64,000 nt of DNA, taken from positions 15,624,001 to 15,688,000 of the forward strand of contig JBHGNT010000002.1 of NCBI GenBank assembly GCA_043228905.1. The letters run 5' to 3'. Source of the DNA: Azolla caroliniana (lineage: Eukaryota; Plantae; Polypodiophyta). Every line of letters starts with the position of its first letter. The stretch's first letter is position 1. Below, one piece after another: positions 1-13,327 of the stretch. A model generated the notes under the pieces. It saw nothing but the letters and a program-made list of their open reading frames with translations. It made no database searches and was not told the origin of the DNA. A program made the translations under genes and the position numbers.

Positions 1-15
1 TATACACATTAAAAG

Positions 16-2490
16 GTGTGGACATCAAGGGAAATGCCTCATTCTTGGAAGATTGGTTTGATAAAGCTTTTGCCGAAAGTGCCTTCTCCATCTTCATTTG
101 CTCAATGGAGGCCTATTTCATTGATGGGGGGAATGTACAAGATTTTTGCAAAAGTGATGGCTAATAGGTGCATAAGGTTTTACTCTTCTATTATTCATAA
201 TGCTCAATATGTGTTCTTAGCAAAAAGGGACATTTTACATAATATTTTAAATGTTCAAATGGCAATTGACTACGCAAAGGAGTCTAAACAAGAATTAGTG
301 TTGCTACAATTAGATATCGAGAAAGCCTATGATAATGTGGATTGGCCATTTATAAATCAATTGATGTCTCATATGGGTTTTGGTGATCGTATGTCTAAAT
401 TGATATACACAGTAGGGGAGGGTTCAGTTTCAGATGTGATGTTTAATGGAGGAGTAACACAACCGGTTTCTATTCGGAGATCAGTTAGACAAGGATGTCT
501 GGTCAGTCCTTTACTCTTCACTATTGTGACACATCCTATTCTTGGTAAGTTACACAATATGGCTATGGAGGAAGAATTTCTTGGCCTAAGGTTGCCATCA
601 GGGAAGCCATGTATTGTTGAAGCTCTCGCAGATGATGATATTATGTTTTTGGCACCTAATCGGGAAAATATTAGAAAGACAAGAGCTATGTGGGAATTGT
701 TTTCAAATGCTTCAGGGTTGAGAATTAATATGCGTAAATCTGTCCTCATTTCATTTACAAAACAAGATGTGTTAGGGTTGGGGTGGTCAGGAAGGATAGT
801 GCATTGTGGTATGATTTGTCGTCACCTTGGATATCAAATTGGGGTGGAATTTTCTTATGTGAAACTTATGAGTGGGTATCCAAAAGGTTGGAGGATAAGT
901 TTATGTATCGGGGGTCTCAATTTTCATCTTTTCATGTACGACTTAAGGTGGTCCAATCGATTATGGTCTCTATGGTATCTTATTTTCTTCCTTTGCTCCC
1001 ATGGTCAAAGAAAGCTCTTGAAATGTTGTCACAATCAATGTGAATGTTGTTATGGAAAAGAAAAGGGGAAAATGTCTTATCGTGGTTGGCATGGGATCGT
1101 GTTTGTACTCCGAAGTGTCTTGGTGGGGCATCAATATTGAATCTATATGAGCATATGGTGGCTCATCAATTTACTTTCATGCGATTTATGTTTGAAGGTG
1201 TACAACCTTGGACAGAAATGGTGGCAAAATTTATAGAGAAGAATGGAATTAAACTTGGAAACGTGAAGGTTGAAGCTAATTGGTGGAATGTAATTAATTC
1301 TGACAGGGATGTCAAATGTGTAGGGTCTATGATAGTTAATCATTTGTTGACATTGTGGCAAAGTATGTTGGATTTTGTGGAATGGCATCCTCCACAAGAA
1401 AGGGGATGTGTCAATTCATTACAAATGGAGGTTTTGGCGACATCAAGGTTGTTGAGGTGGGAAGGTAAACAAATTCTTAACCTTCAATTTAATCAGATGG
1501 CTAGATTGGGTTTGGTAATAGTTAAGGATGTTATGTTGTGTCACAAAGAAGATTAATGGCCCTTCAAACAATAAGATCAACATTTCGTATTCCAAAAGGT
1601 TATACCTTTATTTGGGATAAGCTTTAATAAATACTATCTTCGTATGAGCCAATTCCTAATTTAGATGGGTGATCTCAAGAGCTTGATTGGAGGTTTGTTT
1701 GAGATAAGAGATTGACTATGATCTCAACAAATGTTTCTTATCGCAAGTTGATTGACAAACATAAGTTGTTGGAAGAAAGGGCTATAAAGATATGGGGTTT
1801 TCATAAGCCCATTACTTGGTGGCTCCATGTGATCAAGGCAGGTTGGTGTTCTCGATAGATGCTACAAGCCAAGATATTTATTTGGAGAATTATGGTTGGA
1901 GCTTTACAATTGGGGGATGCCTTAAAAAAAAGAAACATTACTCTAGGATCGTGATTTGTGTTTCTTTTCTTCGGTGGAATTAGAACATAGTAGGCGTCAA
2001 TTTATTCATGTCCGATGGCAAGGATGGTTTGGAGGTGTATCAATTTACTGTGAATGTCTCTAACTGGAGAAAGCCTATCTTCCTTTAGTTGGGTTTTTGC
2101 ACATATGGAGAACAATGAACCAATGCCTCATTTTCAAATTATTTTTGAGTTCTTGAGGTATTGGGGACTATGGTTCAATTGGAATATGTTGAATGCCTTT
2201 ACTTTTGATTCACAAGTTGGGGTGAGAAAATATGTTCTAAAGTTAAAAGGACTTCTTTTGTGGCAATTGACAATGTTAGAGAAGTCACGAAATCTCAACC
2301 ATGAAGAGAGAGAACTTTGCAAGGTCACATATCACCATATTCGCCATTTGAATTGGTGTGTAGGGTGGCATTGAGTTTGGAGTCATCGGTAGTCTTTAGA
2401 TCCCATAGATAGAAGGGGTTCTATATTTGTAGCAAGTTAGTCATGGTGGTGTTTTTTCTTTCGTAATGAAAGCCATTATTTACGAAAAAG
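16..2490 (+). mobile_element. Degenerate L1-type LINE, 3' part of ORF2 (RT, zf-RVT-like region, tail); 5' end lies outside the window
   Basis: The ORF has WRPISLM, LDIEKAYDNVDW, VRQGCLVSPLLF and LADDD (RT motifs), then WLAWDRVCTPKCLGG and KIFIWRIMVGAL at ~1870-1910. Frameshifts and stops occur downstream of ~860, and an A-rich end lies near 2485. Confidence 0.9.
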
Positions 2491-2539
2491 AAGAAGAAGG
2501 AGATTTTTAGTCAAGATATTTCTATCACCTTTACCTCAA

Positions 2540-2756
2540 CATATGTTGTGATGACATCAGATGCACACAATTAGACAAGGAGGGAGACATGGACACATAC
2601 ACAACAATGAGAGGGTGTGTTTGTGTTCGATTTTGAAAAAACAAATCCCATAAAATGTGATAGAATAATTTTTAGTTTTTATACTTTTTAGATTTAATGT
2701 ATTAGTAGTAGAATTTTTTTGGCAAAAATTTGGTACATTGTAGCTTGCTTTCGCCC
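2540..2756 (-). repeat. Dispersed repeat, probable DNA-transposon terminus; second copy at 46087-46320 (+)
   Basis: The reverse complement GGGCGAAAGCAAGCTACAATGTACCAAATTTTTGCCAAAA matches GGTGAAAGCAAGCTATGGTGTACCAACTTTTGGCCAAAA at ~46088. A second shared block (catTGTT...GTCCATGTC...CCTTGT.TAAT) follows in both copies. Confidence 0.5.
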
Positions 2757-5429
2757 AAGTACTCCTTAAGTTGTGAAGCAATCTCATCTTCTTCAATTTG
2801 ATTGAGTTGATATTGAAGAATACTAATGGGTAAAGTACCCGGCTATGAGATCTATATGATGTTCAACATACGTTCAAGAGGCAAGTTTATTTAGTTGTTT
2901 GTCCCCTTATTGATTGTTCTTAAATCTAGAACCCCATCATTAATTTCTTTTGTTTGAACTTGATGTCATGTTTACCGATCTATTTACCACTTAATTTGTC
3001 CATTATGCCTTTAGTTGCTTGGATTTGTCTCTCATTTTGGTATGCCCCTCCCTAACTATGCTTTCAACCTCTTTAAACTTGTCAATAATAGTGACGTTAT
3101 TTCAAAGTAAGACATGATAATTTGCATGCAAATTGTTAAATGATAAGATATTTATGTTTTCTCGCATCCATGTACAAAAACATGGGCTGACATATTTTGG
3201 CCTTCTCTATTCCATAATGCAAGATCTTTGTTTCAATTATACATAAAAAGAAACATAAGAGAGTTGTCTTTACATGACTTGAAAAGGTGTCTTCTATCTT
3301 AAATAAGGATGTACATAGTTTTTTATGTTAATGTGCTTGAATCATATAGCAAAATAAAAGAATAAATAAAAAAGAAGTCGGACAAGGTTCAATTCATAAC
3401 ATGAAGTAAACGAGGGCATATGCAAATTTTGATACCATTGTCCGACATCAACACTACAAAATCAAGATCAATTATTTAACTTCTTGCATAAATATCAACA
3501 TAAAGAAAACTTCTCGAAAGAACATGACATTCATATAATTCATAAAGAGGAATGTTAACCATAACTTTATAGATCTTCCAAGCAAAAAGTAGTTTTATAT
3601 ATTTCAAGACTTGAGACCATATATTATCAAGGAAATACACATTTGTATCTCCATATGCACATATTCCATACCCTCACATTCATATATTTTAATATTAGAA
3701 CAACTAGGTATCTTCGTTGTCGAGATGTAAGCATAATACATCACCATCACGACATATTGATATTGGCAAACGTGTTAAAACTATCCATTACTACTTCTAA
3801 TATGCAAAAATAATAAGAAAGTGACACAATATGTATTGACATTCATTGTTTGAAAAGTAGGATGTGTACAACTCTAGCACAACGCAGATGTTTTCTTTGC
3901 CAACTAATAACATTACCATAGAGCCAAATACTATAGAGTGGAGGAAATGAATGCCATTAGTGACATTGTAGTAATCTATTCCATTTTCTTTAGATGGTAT
4001 CATAGATCGTTTTTTGGGTAGTTTGGGTAGTTAAATCCCCTCCCTTGTTCTCTCTTATCTCGTAAAAAATGGTTCCTACTTAATGTACTACCAATTCAAT
4101 AGTAGTTTTCATGTGGTTACATCGTAACAATTCAAAAATGGCTCATCTGATTAACAACATTGGAACAAATGTAGGTATGTATTTGGTCCTATTGGACTTT
4201 GAAATATATTCATTAGTCTCATTTATATCAACACACCTTAATCTATCAGCACATATAATACACAAACAATGTTGTGAGCGATCCATAATTAGAATGAAAT
4301 AGGTGTGCCAATGGATCATACCTAATTAATGGCAATATGAAGCTAATTGGGTAATATATTCCCTCAAATTGTGGGCTACTAGTTGGGTTTGTTTCCTATT
4401 ACGTGCCTTCATAGCATTGCAATTTTGAGCCAAGTGGGGGATCAATCGTATTTGCATGGGACATTAGTGTCAAAATTTCAACATAGAGCTAAGGTGATAT
4501 GTCTCGGAGATAAACCAAGTAAGGTAGATGCTCTAAAAACTTATGAAAATTAATACTAACAAGGCTTAAACTTTATGAGCAAACATCTTATATGCAAACG
4601 AAAAATGGACAATCGAGATAAAAATTGATCCTAGATTAATGAGAACCAACACACTACATGTCGAAGTATGATGCGAAAATCTTTTTATATTGTGTAAACT
4701 AATGTTTCACGTTTATCGGCTAGCAAAAAAGATTTTCTTGATGTAGGTTCACAAGGTTAAAGAATTGAAAATCATGAAAAAATTGAATGTACATAAACAT
4801 GATGGTGTATTAGTGAACAAATGACTAATGAATCAATGCCATGACATTGTCATGCCAACATCAGGCGATTCGAGAACATGAATAATGGAGGTTTAGTTCT
4901 CAATTATAAATTGAACATTTACTCAAAGATGAGTCTCTCCCACACCAATTGTCATCACTTTGCCATTAACATCCTCATGTAGGGAATGGAGGTTGATGAT
5001 CGGTGGCGAGTAGAGTTGCCATGTGGCTGATCAAGAGACGAGGACCAGTGATCACACATTGAAGGGCATGTTTCTTTGATAGGAAGTACCCATCCCCCCC
5101 AGAGGTGTGTCTGAATCCAAGTGTCAAGGAGTTCAACCCGAGGTAAGGGAAGGTGAGTGGAATCAATCAACACTTTGTTGGTGTGGCCCATGGAGTGTAT
5201 GTATGTATGTATGTATGTTGGGGGGGGGTGGTTTAGGAGGAGATCTTTCCATGTCCATTACACTCCACTCCATTCATGTTTGATTTGTTTCTCTATTGGC
5301 GAGATTGGTACAAGAGGGCTTTGATTTTTTATTTATTTTTGTTTGTTTGTTTGTGTGTGTGGCAGCGTCGTCGTCTGCAGAATTTTGTGGACCGCTCGTT
5401 TTACCTTAAATAATAAATAATAGTGAAAA

Positions 5430-5432
<3 letters not shown>

Positions 5433-5470
<38 letters not shown>

Positions 5471-5989
5471 GAAATAAATAGAAAAGATGAAGCCCTGGCA
5501 GCCCCACCCCAAAAAAGAAAATATAAAAAGAAAAGGAAAGAAAATATATGTACATATGTAAAAAAAAGAAAAGAATGTTTGACAAAAGATTCCTCCGCGC
5601 GCGTAAAAAAAAACCAAAATAAATGAGCAAAAAAATAAATATCGGGGGGACAGGAAGGAAAGGCCGTCCATCCGTCCGTCCGTCCGTCCGTCCGATTGGG
5701 GGCAGGCACACGAACGGACGGTTGAGATTGGGGGCTCAGATCAGAATCGCTGAGGTGACATCTATCTATCTATCTATCTCATGATCAGCTAAAGCTAAGC
5801 TCATTCATGAGATGACGAAGCAGAAGAAGCAATCAAGGAAGGAATGAAGAATTAGGGGTTTTGTCTGTCTGTCTGTCTGTTTGTCTGTGTCTTTCTTTCT
5901 TTCTCTGCCAAGTAGAAGAAGAAGAAAGAAGAAAGAAGAAAGAAAGAGAAGGAGGAGGTGGAAGAATTCGTTGCTGATTCTCTTCCGCT
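5433..5989 (+). promoter_or_regulatory. Putative promoter and 5' leader of the AGPase gene, rich in microsatellites
   Basis: (GA)n at 5433-5466, (CCGT)n at ~5665-5693, reverse CCAAT at ~5695, (TCTA)n at ~5761 and a GAA-rich leader directly upstream of the ATG at 5990. The regulatory role is inferred from position only. Confidence 0.45.
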
Positions 5990-8900
5990 ATGGCTGCTGC
6001 TGCTGCTCCTGCTGCTACTGATTCCATCCGTTTCCTCGTTTCTTCTCCTTTCTTCTCCAACTCTAATTCCCCTCCTCCATCATCGCCGTCTTCCTCTTTT
6101 CTTGGTACTTCTCTTTCTCCGCCTTCTCTCCATAGCTCGCCTACGAATACCTCTCGTTCAGGACTTCATCGTTGCCACAAACCTCATGCCTGCGTTGTAG
6201 TGTCTGCTTCTTCTGCTACCGTATTGCAGGACGCTGAGAAACAGATTTTACAGGTTTGAAAAAACCTTATTCTCATTCCTGTTCCCCCCCCCCCCCCAGT
6301 GTATTGTGTATGAAACGTTCTTTTAACCTTCCCGCTCGTTAATGCTTGGTTTTTAAAAAGCCTTGAGCGTAAGGTCTTACCTCGACCTCTGGGGTTTTTC
6401 ATTGTGAAAATACCATACCATTTTGTTCTCACCATATTACACTAACAGTGACAGGCTTCTTATTGAAGCTGTAATGAATAAGAAATGTCTTAGCTCTTGA
6501 GACCTCCTTTATATATATATATATATATATATTGTCTATAATGCACTTTCTTCGCTGCGTGTGATTGGAATCATCAACTGATATATGTTCTTTACCTCTG
6601 CCAAATCTCATTATCCACCTCTCACTACATTCCGTTTCAGGCGCTCTTAGATATATCTAATGCCACGTGTTACATATCACTAAATACGCATTGTTAGTAT
6701 GAGATAAGGATATAGGGAAAAGGGAAGATTTCTTCTCAAAAGGACTTGTTATCTGACAAATGTGCGTCAAAGCATATATAGTGATGTGCATAATGCATCA
6801 TCAATATTAAGGATGATTTAAGTGAAATCATCTCGCGGTGATGTACAGCTCTAATTTTTGTGTTTTGCATAAGCATATATGCATTTCTAATAAGAAATGT
6901 TAGGACTGGAAAAGGATCTAGCGAATATCTCTTTTCAAAGGAACATGTTACTGGAGCTTATTTTGTGCATTCCATAATGAAAGCGGAAAATTTCAAAACA
7001 CATTTCATCAGCATATGAATAGATATATTGTACATGTGGTTCTTTTTTTTAACACTAGCACGCAGCTTTATGCAAAGAAATCCCCTCCACATGTTAAAAC
7101 CTTTGGCTTTTACTTTTTTAGACCTCAGCTGCTGTACAGAAAACTCCTGTTGATCCTCGCTCTGTTCTGTCAATCATTCTTGGAGGAGGAGCTGGAACTC
7201 GCTTATTCCCTCTTACAAAACAACGTGCAAAGCCAGCAGTAAGTTTAATACTCGTGTTTTACGATTCTGTTTGATTATTGCGCTAAATATTCTTTTCCTA
7301 TTAGTGCATGATGATCTTCTTATCTGTGACATGTTTCTTGAACTCTAGGTGGTTAATGTTCAGATTCTGGGGTTAAGTTTCGATGGTTGACTTTCTGTTG
7401 GTGTATTACATTCTTTCTTCTTTGAAATAGCACTAGAATATTTGAAGATTAATGTTCGGATTCTGCTGGTTTGATGTTTGAATTCTGTAACTTCCTGTTT
7501 GTGCATTGTGATATTTCAAAATGTCTAGATGGATCTTAGTGGTCAGATTCTAACGTATTAGTTTTTGAAAGTTGTTTTCCAATTGGTGCATTGTGGTCTT
7601 TCCATCATGTGCTATGTTTCTTGACCTTTTGGGAGTTTAATGTGTGGATTCTGTTGGTTAAAGGATGCTGAACTTTATCGTTTTTGTTAATTATGATGAT
7701 ATCTCATCTTTGACACGTTCCTTGGAACTTCAGAAGCTTGGTGTTGGGACTCGTTTATATTAATGTTATAACGCTGTTTCGATTAATACATTATGATCTG
7801 ATCTTTGATATATTTTGTTTAACTTTGTGGGACTTAATGTTTGGATTCTGTTGGATTAACATTATAAGGTTGTTTTTTATTTCTACATTTTGATCTGATC
7901 TTTGACATTTTTCTCAAAACTTTTAGGTGCCTATTGGTGGTGCCTATCGACTGATCGATGTGCCCATGAGCAACTGTATTAACAGTGGCATCAGCAAAGT
8001 ATTTATCCTCACGCAATTCAACTCAGCATCTCTGAATCGGCACCTCGCCAGGACTTACAATTTTGGGAATGGTGTAAACTTTGGTGATGGCTTTGTGGAG
8101 GTAGTTTGCGTTTTGATTAAACTCCAAACTGCTATTATGTTACTCTATATCTACTGGAGTGTCTAAGGTTTAACCAGTATTAGAAACTCTGGATAATGAC
8201 AAATTGTGTACCACAGACTGGCATTTTGGTAAGTTTTTGGAAACTTCGGTGTATTCTGGTAAAAATATACAGTAACTGAGGGGTAGTTTGGTGTTTTCCC
8301 CTTAGCTTTTCCAAGCTCTTAAAGTTAACATGCACATTTATAAGCCTTTTATAGTTGGAACTAGTATCAGATGATGATTGTCTTATATGTAAAAGCATAA
8401 GCATATAACTTTGTGATATAGAGAATAGTTGTAAGAAGAATGAACATGTGTTTCAACAGCTAAATAACAATACAAATTTCCAGGTTCTGGCAGCAACACA
8501 AAGACCTGGTGAGACAGGGATGAACTGGTTCCAAGGTACAGCTGATGCTGTGAGGCAGTTTACATGGCTTTTGGAGGTTTGTATTATAGATTTTCAGTGA
8601 AATTTTAAACATATTAAATTTGATATTCAACTACATTTGTTTGTAAATGTAGTTGTTTTCTGTAACTCTAATCAATATTAATTCTGATTTATACACCTAT
8701 TAATTCACATGTAAATCTCACCTGGCATACCACAGGATCCAAAGAATACAGACCTTGAACATGTTGTTATCCTTTCGGGTGATCATTTGTATCGTATGGA
8801 TTACATGGACTTCGTGCAGGTTATAATCATGCTTGTTGCACATTAAGAATGCTTTTTTGTTTTCCTTCCAAAATGAACGTAGGTGTTTTTGTATACTTAT

Positions 8901-11686
8901 TGCAGAAGCACAAGGACAGTGCTGCAGATATTACAATATCTTGTGTGCCCATTGACGATAGGTAAGGCACTCACCCACGCCATCTTTTTTAAATTGATAC
9001 CTCTATACAAATTATTTTTCTGTGTATCATATGCATTTTCACCATGTATATTATTAGATATTTAAGTGTCTCAAATATGTGATTTGTTGCCCATCTTAGT
9101 GATTACGTCTTTTATTCCTGCAGTCGAGCATCGGACTATGGCTTAATGAAAATTGATAGCAATGGCCGAGTTCTGAACTTTGCAGAGAAACCAAAAGGAG
9201 ATGAGCTGAAAGCCATGGTGAATTTTCATCCAGCATTCATTAAGTACATATGTTTTACTTGATAGGGAAAATCCCAAAATAACCTGAGTTTTTCGTTATT
9301 TTTCAAATACCACAGAGGTTCCCATAGTTTCACAAATGCCCTTAAACAATCCTCAAAAGAGCAATGATATGTACTGTTTGAGCTATTAAGAGTTGACTAA
9401 GGGTGTGTGGGAAATAACAAAAATGCAGGGGATTTGGGGAAATAAAGAAAACATCAAGGGACACATTAGATTTTTTTTGTTTACTTTACATAATAGAAAT
9501 ATAAGCTTTACCATTGGTATGAATGTGAAATACCTTATCCCAGCAAGTGGACACAACTGTTCTGGGTCTTGATCCAGAGGCAGCAAAGGAATCTCCTTAT
9601 ATTGCTTCAATGGGTGTTTATGTCTTCAAAAAGGATATCCTCCTAAAGCTCCTCAGGTAGCATTTTGTCGTATCTAATGTTGAATGAGAAATTATTAGCT
9701 TATCTCACATTCATAAGATTTTCAACCTGATGATTTTCTCCTGTAGATGGCGATATCCCACAGCAAATGACTTTGGCTCAGAAATTATTCCAGCATCTGC
9801 AAAAGAATACAATGTAAAAGTAAGTATCGAGTTGCTATTGAACAGGGAACTTCTCGTCATCACATACTAAACAATTATCTGCTTGTGGGCTTAAACTTGT
9901 AACTGTAGGCTCTAAATCTCTATCACTTATGAACCATAGATTGAACTCATTATTAATCATGTAATAACATCTCCTAATAGAGCATATTTGGGTTTCACAT
10001 GTCAATGAGTTAGTGGTGGATCCAGGTGATAATTTCCTTCTTTGACGAGAATACCTACTCTCGACATAAACCCTTTGTTGGCAAACGTAGATTGGAAAAT
10101 TAAGCACTCTTTTCATGCAATTAACTATCATTTTAACACAATCGACATGTTATGGGCCAGACTTCACTTAAAAACAAATGAAAAAATGCACAGGCATACT
10201 TGTTCAAAGGCTATTGGGAGGACATAGGAACCATTAGATCTTTCTATGAAGCCAATCTTGCTCTCACTGCTCAGGTATCTATTTAAATAAAATTTTAAAG
10301 TTTAAGATACTAAACCCTTCATATTGTCAAGGACCGTTTGTTAGTTTTGCTATCTGAGTTTATACTTCTCTTGTAAAGCCACCAAAATTCAGTTTCTATG
10401 ATGCTGCCAAACCCATATACACATCTGCAAGATATTTGCCACCAACTAAAGTGGATAGCTGTAGAGTAAGTCTTTTCTATGTTTTCATTGATCAGAGAAC
10501 ATTCATTACCTCTGTATACATATTTATTCTTTTTCTATCTATAGATTCTTGGCTCTATACTTTCACACGGTTGCTTCTTGCAAAGCTGCTCAGTAGAACA
10601 CTCAATTGTGGGGATCAGATCGCGCATCGAAAATGGTGTGGAATTAAAGGTTTGTGTATGCATTAAAAAGTTCAGATACCTGGATCCTCTATTTAAAAGT
10701 GAGCTGATTATTGTGTGTTTCTTATTGATGTTACTATTATTTCAGGATACTGTCATGCTTGGTGCGGATTTCTATGAAACTGATGCTGAACGTGCATCTC
10801 TTTTGGCACAAGGGAAAGTGCCAGTAGGAGTAGGAGAAAATTCCAAAATAAGGTACAAAATGAGAAATTGATTGCTCTATGTGATTTTGGTTCTTTCCAT
10901 GGTCTTAGATAATTTAGAGAAAAACTAGTTCAGCTACAACCCTAAGATTTTTTATCACTTTTCTGTTTTCTGTGGTTTTAAAGTTCTAGAAAGTCAGGAA
11001 GAACGCCTAAACACGTAGAGTTTTTAATATTTGCTCAAATAGACCTGAGTTTTACTATATCCCAGAACGGCCTTGGTCAACCCATGAAAAAGAGAAAAAT
11101 GGCGATGATTTGACAGGTGGTTGCGCAAATGGTATATTAATTTGGTAAAAGATTGATGAATTGACGAACTAGATAGTTTTGCTTAAATAGCACACATATT
11201 GTTGCTCTTTTGAGGATTGAGCTAAGGCATTTGTAGAAATAATAAAAATGAAGGGCCATTTGGGGAATAAAGAACTCAGGAGGTATTTCAGATTTTTGTT
11301 TCTAGGAAACAATTTCAGAGAAGATAAGTCCAGTTACAAGCAAAGATTTTTTTGACATTCCTTTTCTATTTTGGGTATAGTTTCTAACCCATAGTGAAAC
11401 TATTTCTGGCATTGCAGAAATTGTATAATCGACAAAAATGCAAGAATTGGGAAGAATGTTACATTAACAAACTCCGAGGTATTTACCTATGATAGTTTTT
11501 CATCTAAACATTATACAAACTTTCAGAAGTCTTTAGACATCAAATCTAATCAATGACACTTTGTTAAATGTTGTGTTCTTTCAGAATGTTGAAGATAGTG
11601 ACAGAACTGATGAGGGATTCTACATTCGTTCTGGGATAACTGTGATACCAAAGAACTCAACAATTAAGGATGGGACAGTAATATGA
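5990..11686 (+). CDS. APL: ADP-glucose pyrophosphorylase (glucose-1-phosphate adenylyltransferase) large subunit, chloroplastic; 15 exons, 536 aa
   Basis: Exons: 5990-6253, 7122-7238, 7927-8100, 8484-8576, 8736-8819, 8906-8961, 9124-9217, 9544-9656, 9747-9819, 10194-10274, 10379-10465, 10545-10649, 10746-10852, 11418-11478, 11585-11686. All introns are GT-AG and the exons total 1611 nt in one open frame. Motifs: [73 protein letters not shown] and C-terminal [20 protein letters not shown]. The N-terminus is a Ser/Pro-rich transit peptide. The 15-exon layout and the LSGD, VPIGG and IRSGIT variants indicate the large rather than the small subunit. Confidence 0.96.
9263..9480. mobile_element. MITE-like relic in APL intron 7
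   Basis: Imperfect inverted arms (AAATAACCTGAGTTTTTCGTTATTTTTCAAATACC ... GGATTTGGGGAAATAAAGAAAACATCAAGG) resemble the arms in intron 13. Confidence 0.4.
11020..11300. mobile_element. MITE-like relic in APL intron 13
   Basis: CCTGAGTTTTACTATATCCCAGAACGGCCTT (~11044-11074) pairs imperfectly with AAGGGCCATTTGGGGAATAAAGAACTCAGG (11251-11280). Confidence 0.45.
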
Positions 11687-12240
11687 CATGACAGAAGTAC
11701 TTCAAAATGATGCTAATGGTATATGATAAGCATACTGTGCTTTTTCCCCTTGCGATCCCAACACTCCTCTATCATACAAGGGCAAATATACTTAACCTCT
11801 TTGCTGTGGCTCAACTGATACAAGCTCTCTAATTAGGAATACAAATGTCAGTTTTGAGTATATCCATGCTAGTGAGCGCTCCTCATGTTGACCTAAAAAA
11901 CTAATCCTAGCCACCTTTTGTTCAAATATGCAATTATTTTATTTTTTTGTCCAATAATCATAAAGCAAGGCATATTTGGATATAGACCTAATTGCAAAAC
12001 CTTTGCACATGATTTTGGTGTATCATTTCGTTTATGCAAATGGCCAAATATATTCGTGAATAATTGGGTTGGAATGCTCTGACAACGTTGTGGGAAGGTA
12101 TTGAGGAGCTATATAAACCAAGCTTTGTTCTTGTGTATGTTGATTGAATATTGATTTACAAATTGATCAGGATAGCATCCTTGTAACTGTCCTACATCTT
12201 GGTTGCAATAATTTATGCTCTTTCATAGATAATTCGCTTT

Positions 12241-12421
12241 GCCAATCCTTGGCTCGAATTTCTCACAACCAATGTGCACTTTTGATTGCGACATTCATTA
12301 ATAAAGTTCTTGAACATCGAGAGTTGCTACTTGTTTTGACACGTATTATATGAAAATTTTATACTTTTGGTCTTGTGTCATATTTGAGCTCTGAAGATAG
12401 ATAATAAAATATAATAAAATC
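12241..12421 (+). repeat. Dispersed non-coding repeat; second copy at ~14323-14495
   Basis: Collinear blocks CCAATCCTTG..CGAATTTCTC, CAATGTGCACT, ACATTCATT..TAAAGTTCTTG.ACATCGAGAGT and GTCATATTTGA.C..TGAAGA occur in both places. Confidence 0.65.
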
Positions 12422-12626
12422 CCTCTTTTGTTTGGTGAAAACACACAATTGTATTAATAAATGTGTGAAAAACACTACTTACAATGGGTGTCACAATGGA
12501 GTATGGACACCCACTAACTACAGTACATGGGTAGCGGAACATGTTGAGTTGCCAATAGGCAAGACAAACATTCCACTAAGGAAATAATTTCCACTTGCTC
12601 CAATAAGGAAATTGTCACATTAGTAT

Positions 12627-13327
12627 TGTTAACATTTTGCCCCTCCTAATGGGAGAAGTTGGCAACCAAACTCTAGTCGGTCGGTCAGATCGATTAGTGA
12701 GTCGACTTGGGGGACTATTGAATTGAGGGTCAGTTGAAGTAAAGATATTTGGGATCAAAGAGTTGGATCGACCAGTCAGTCGACTTGAGAAGAGGTCGAA
12801 GATAGGGTCAACTAGTCGGACCCACGGGGTGGTCGAAGACAAGATTGATTAGTCGGATCGATCGAATAGTTCAGAATAGGAGTCAACTAGTTGGATTGAC
12901 TAAATTGTCAACTTGTGGGTCGGACAGTTGAGTCGATTAATTATTATTATATTATAATAATATCTTATTCATATATATATATATATATATATGGAGCTAG
13001 GGCAAGATTATGGTAGTAGAGATTATTATTGTGTGATTCAAGGGATATAGAAGAAGAGAAAGAGAGTGAGTGAGTGAGTGACGACATAGTTTTGTGGAAC
13101 TTGCCAAAACCCTAAAAAGGGATTTTTTGTAATCCGAACCTCTCTCCTTCAAAGCTTGAAAGGTTTGGAATATATCTCTATAATCTTGTCCCATAGTGAA
13201 ACCTGTTACCCCGTGGTTTTCCCCGTTTTAGGGACTCCACGTAAATCTTGTGTACTGTGTACTTTAAGTTTCTGTTTTCTATTTTTCAGCCTATCTTTCT
13301 TGTTCATCTTTGGTCTTAAAACTAACA
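12627..13327 (+). mobile_element. Solo LTR (copia, related to the LTRs of element G)
   Basis: TGTT...AACA termini; TSD AGTAT/AGTAC; GTCGAC-rich U3 repeats; (TA)n; and a GTGGTTTT...TAGGG..TCCACGTAAATCTTGTGT block that is shared with the reverse complement of the G LTRs. Confidence 0.75.

Noticed and set aside
2760-5200. Possible coding remnants upstream of APL
   Set aside because: AT-rich with only short ORFs and no motif I can identify with confidence; probably decayed repeats.
5333-6200. Phe/Leu/Ser-rich ORFs around the APL start
   Set aside because: Products of microsatellites and of alternative frames of exon 1.
10275-10378. U12-type intron (donor GTATCTATT)
   Set aside because: The donor deviates from GTATCCTT and there is no TCCTTAAC branch point near the acceptor.
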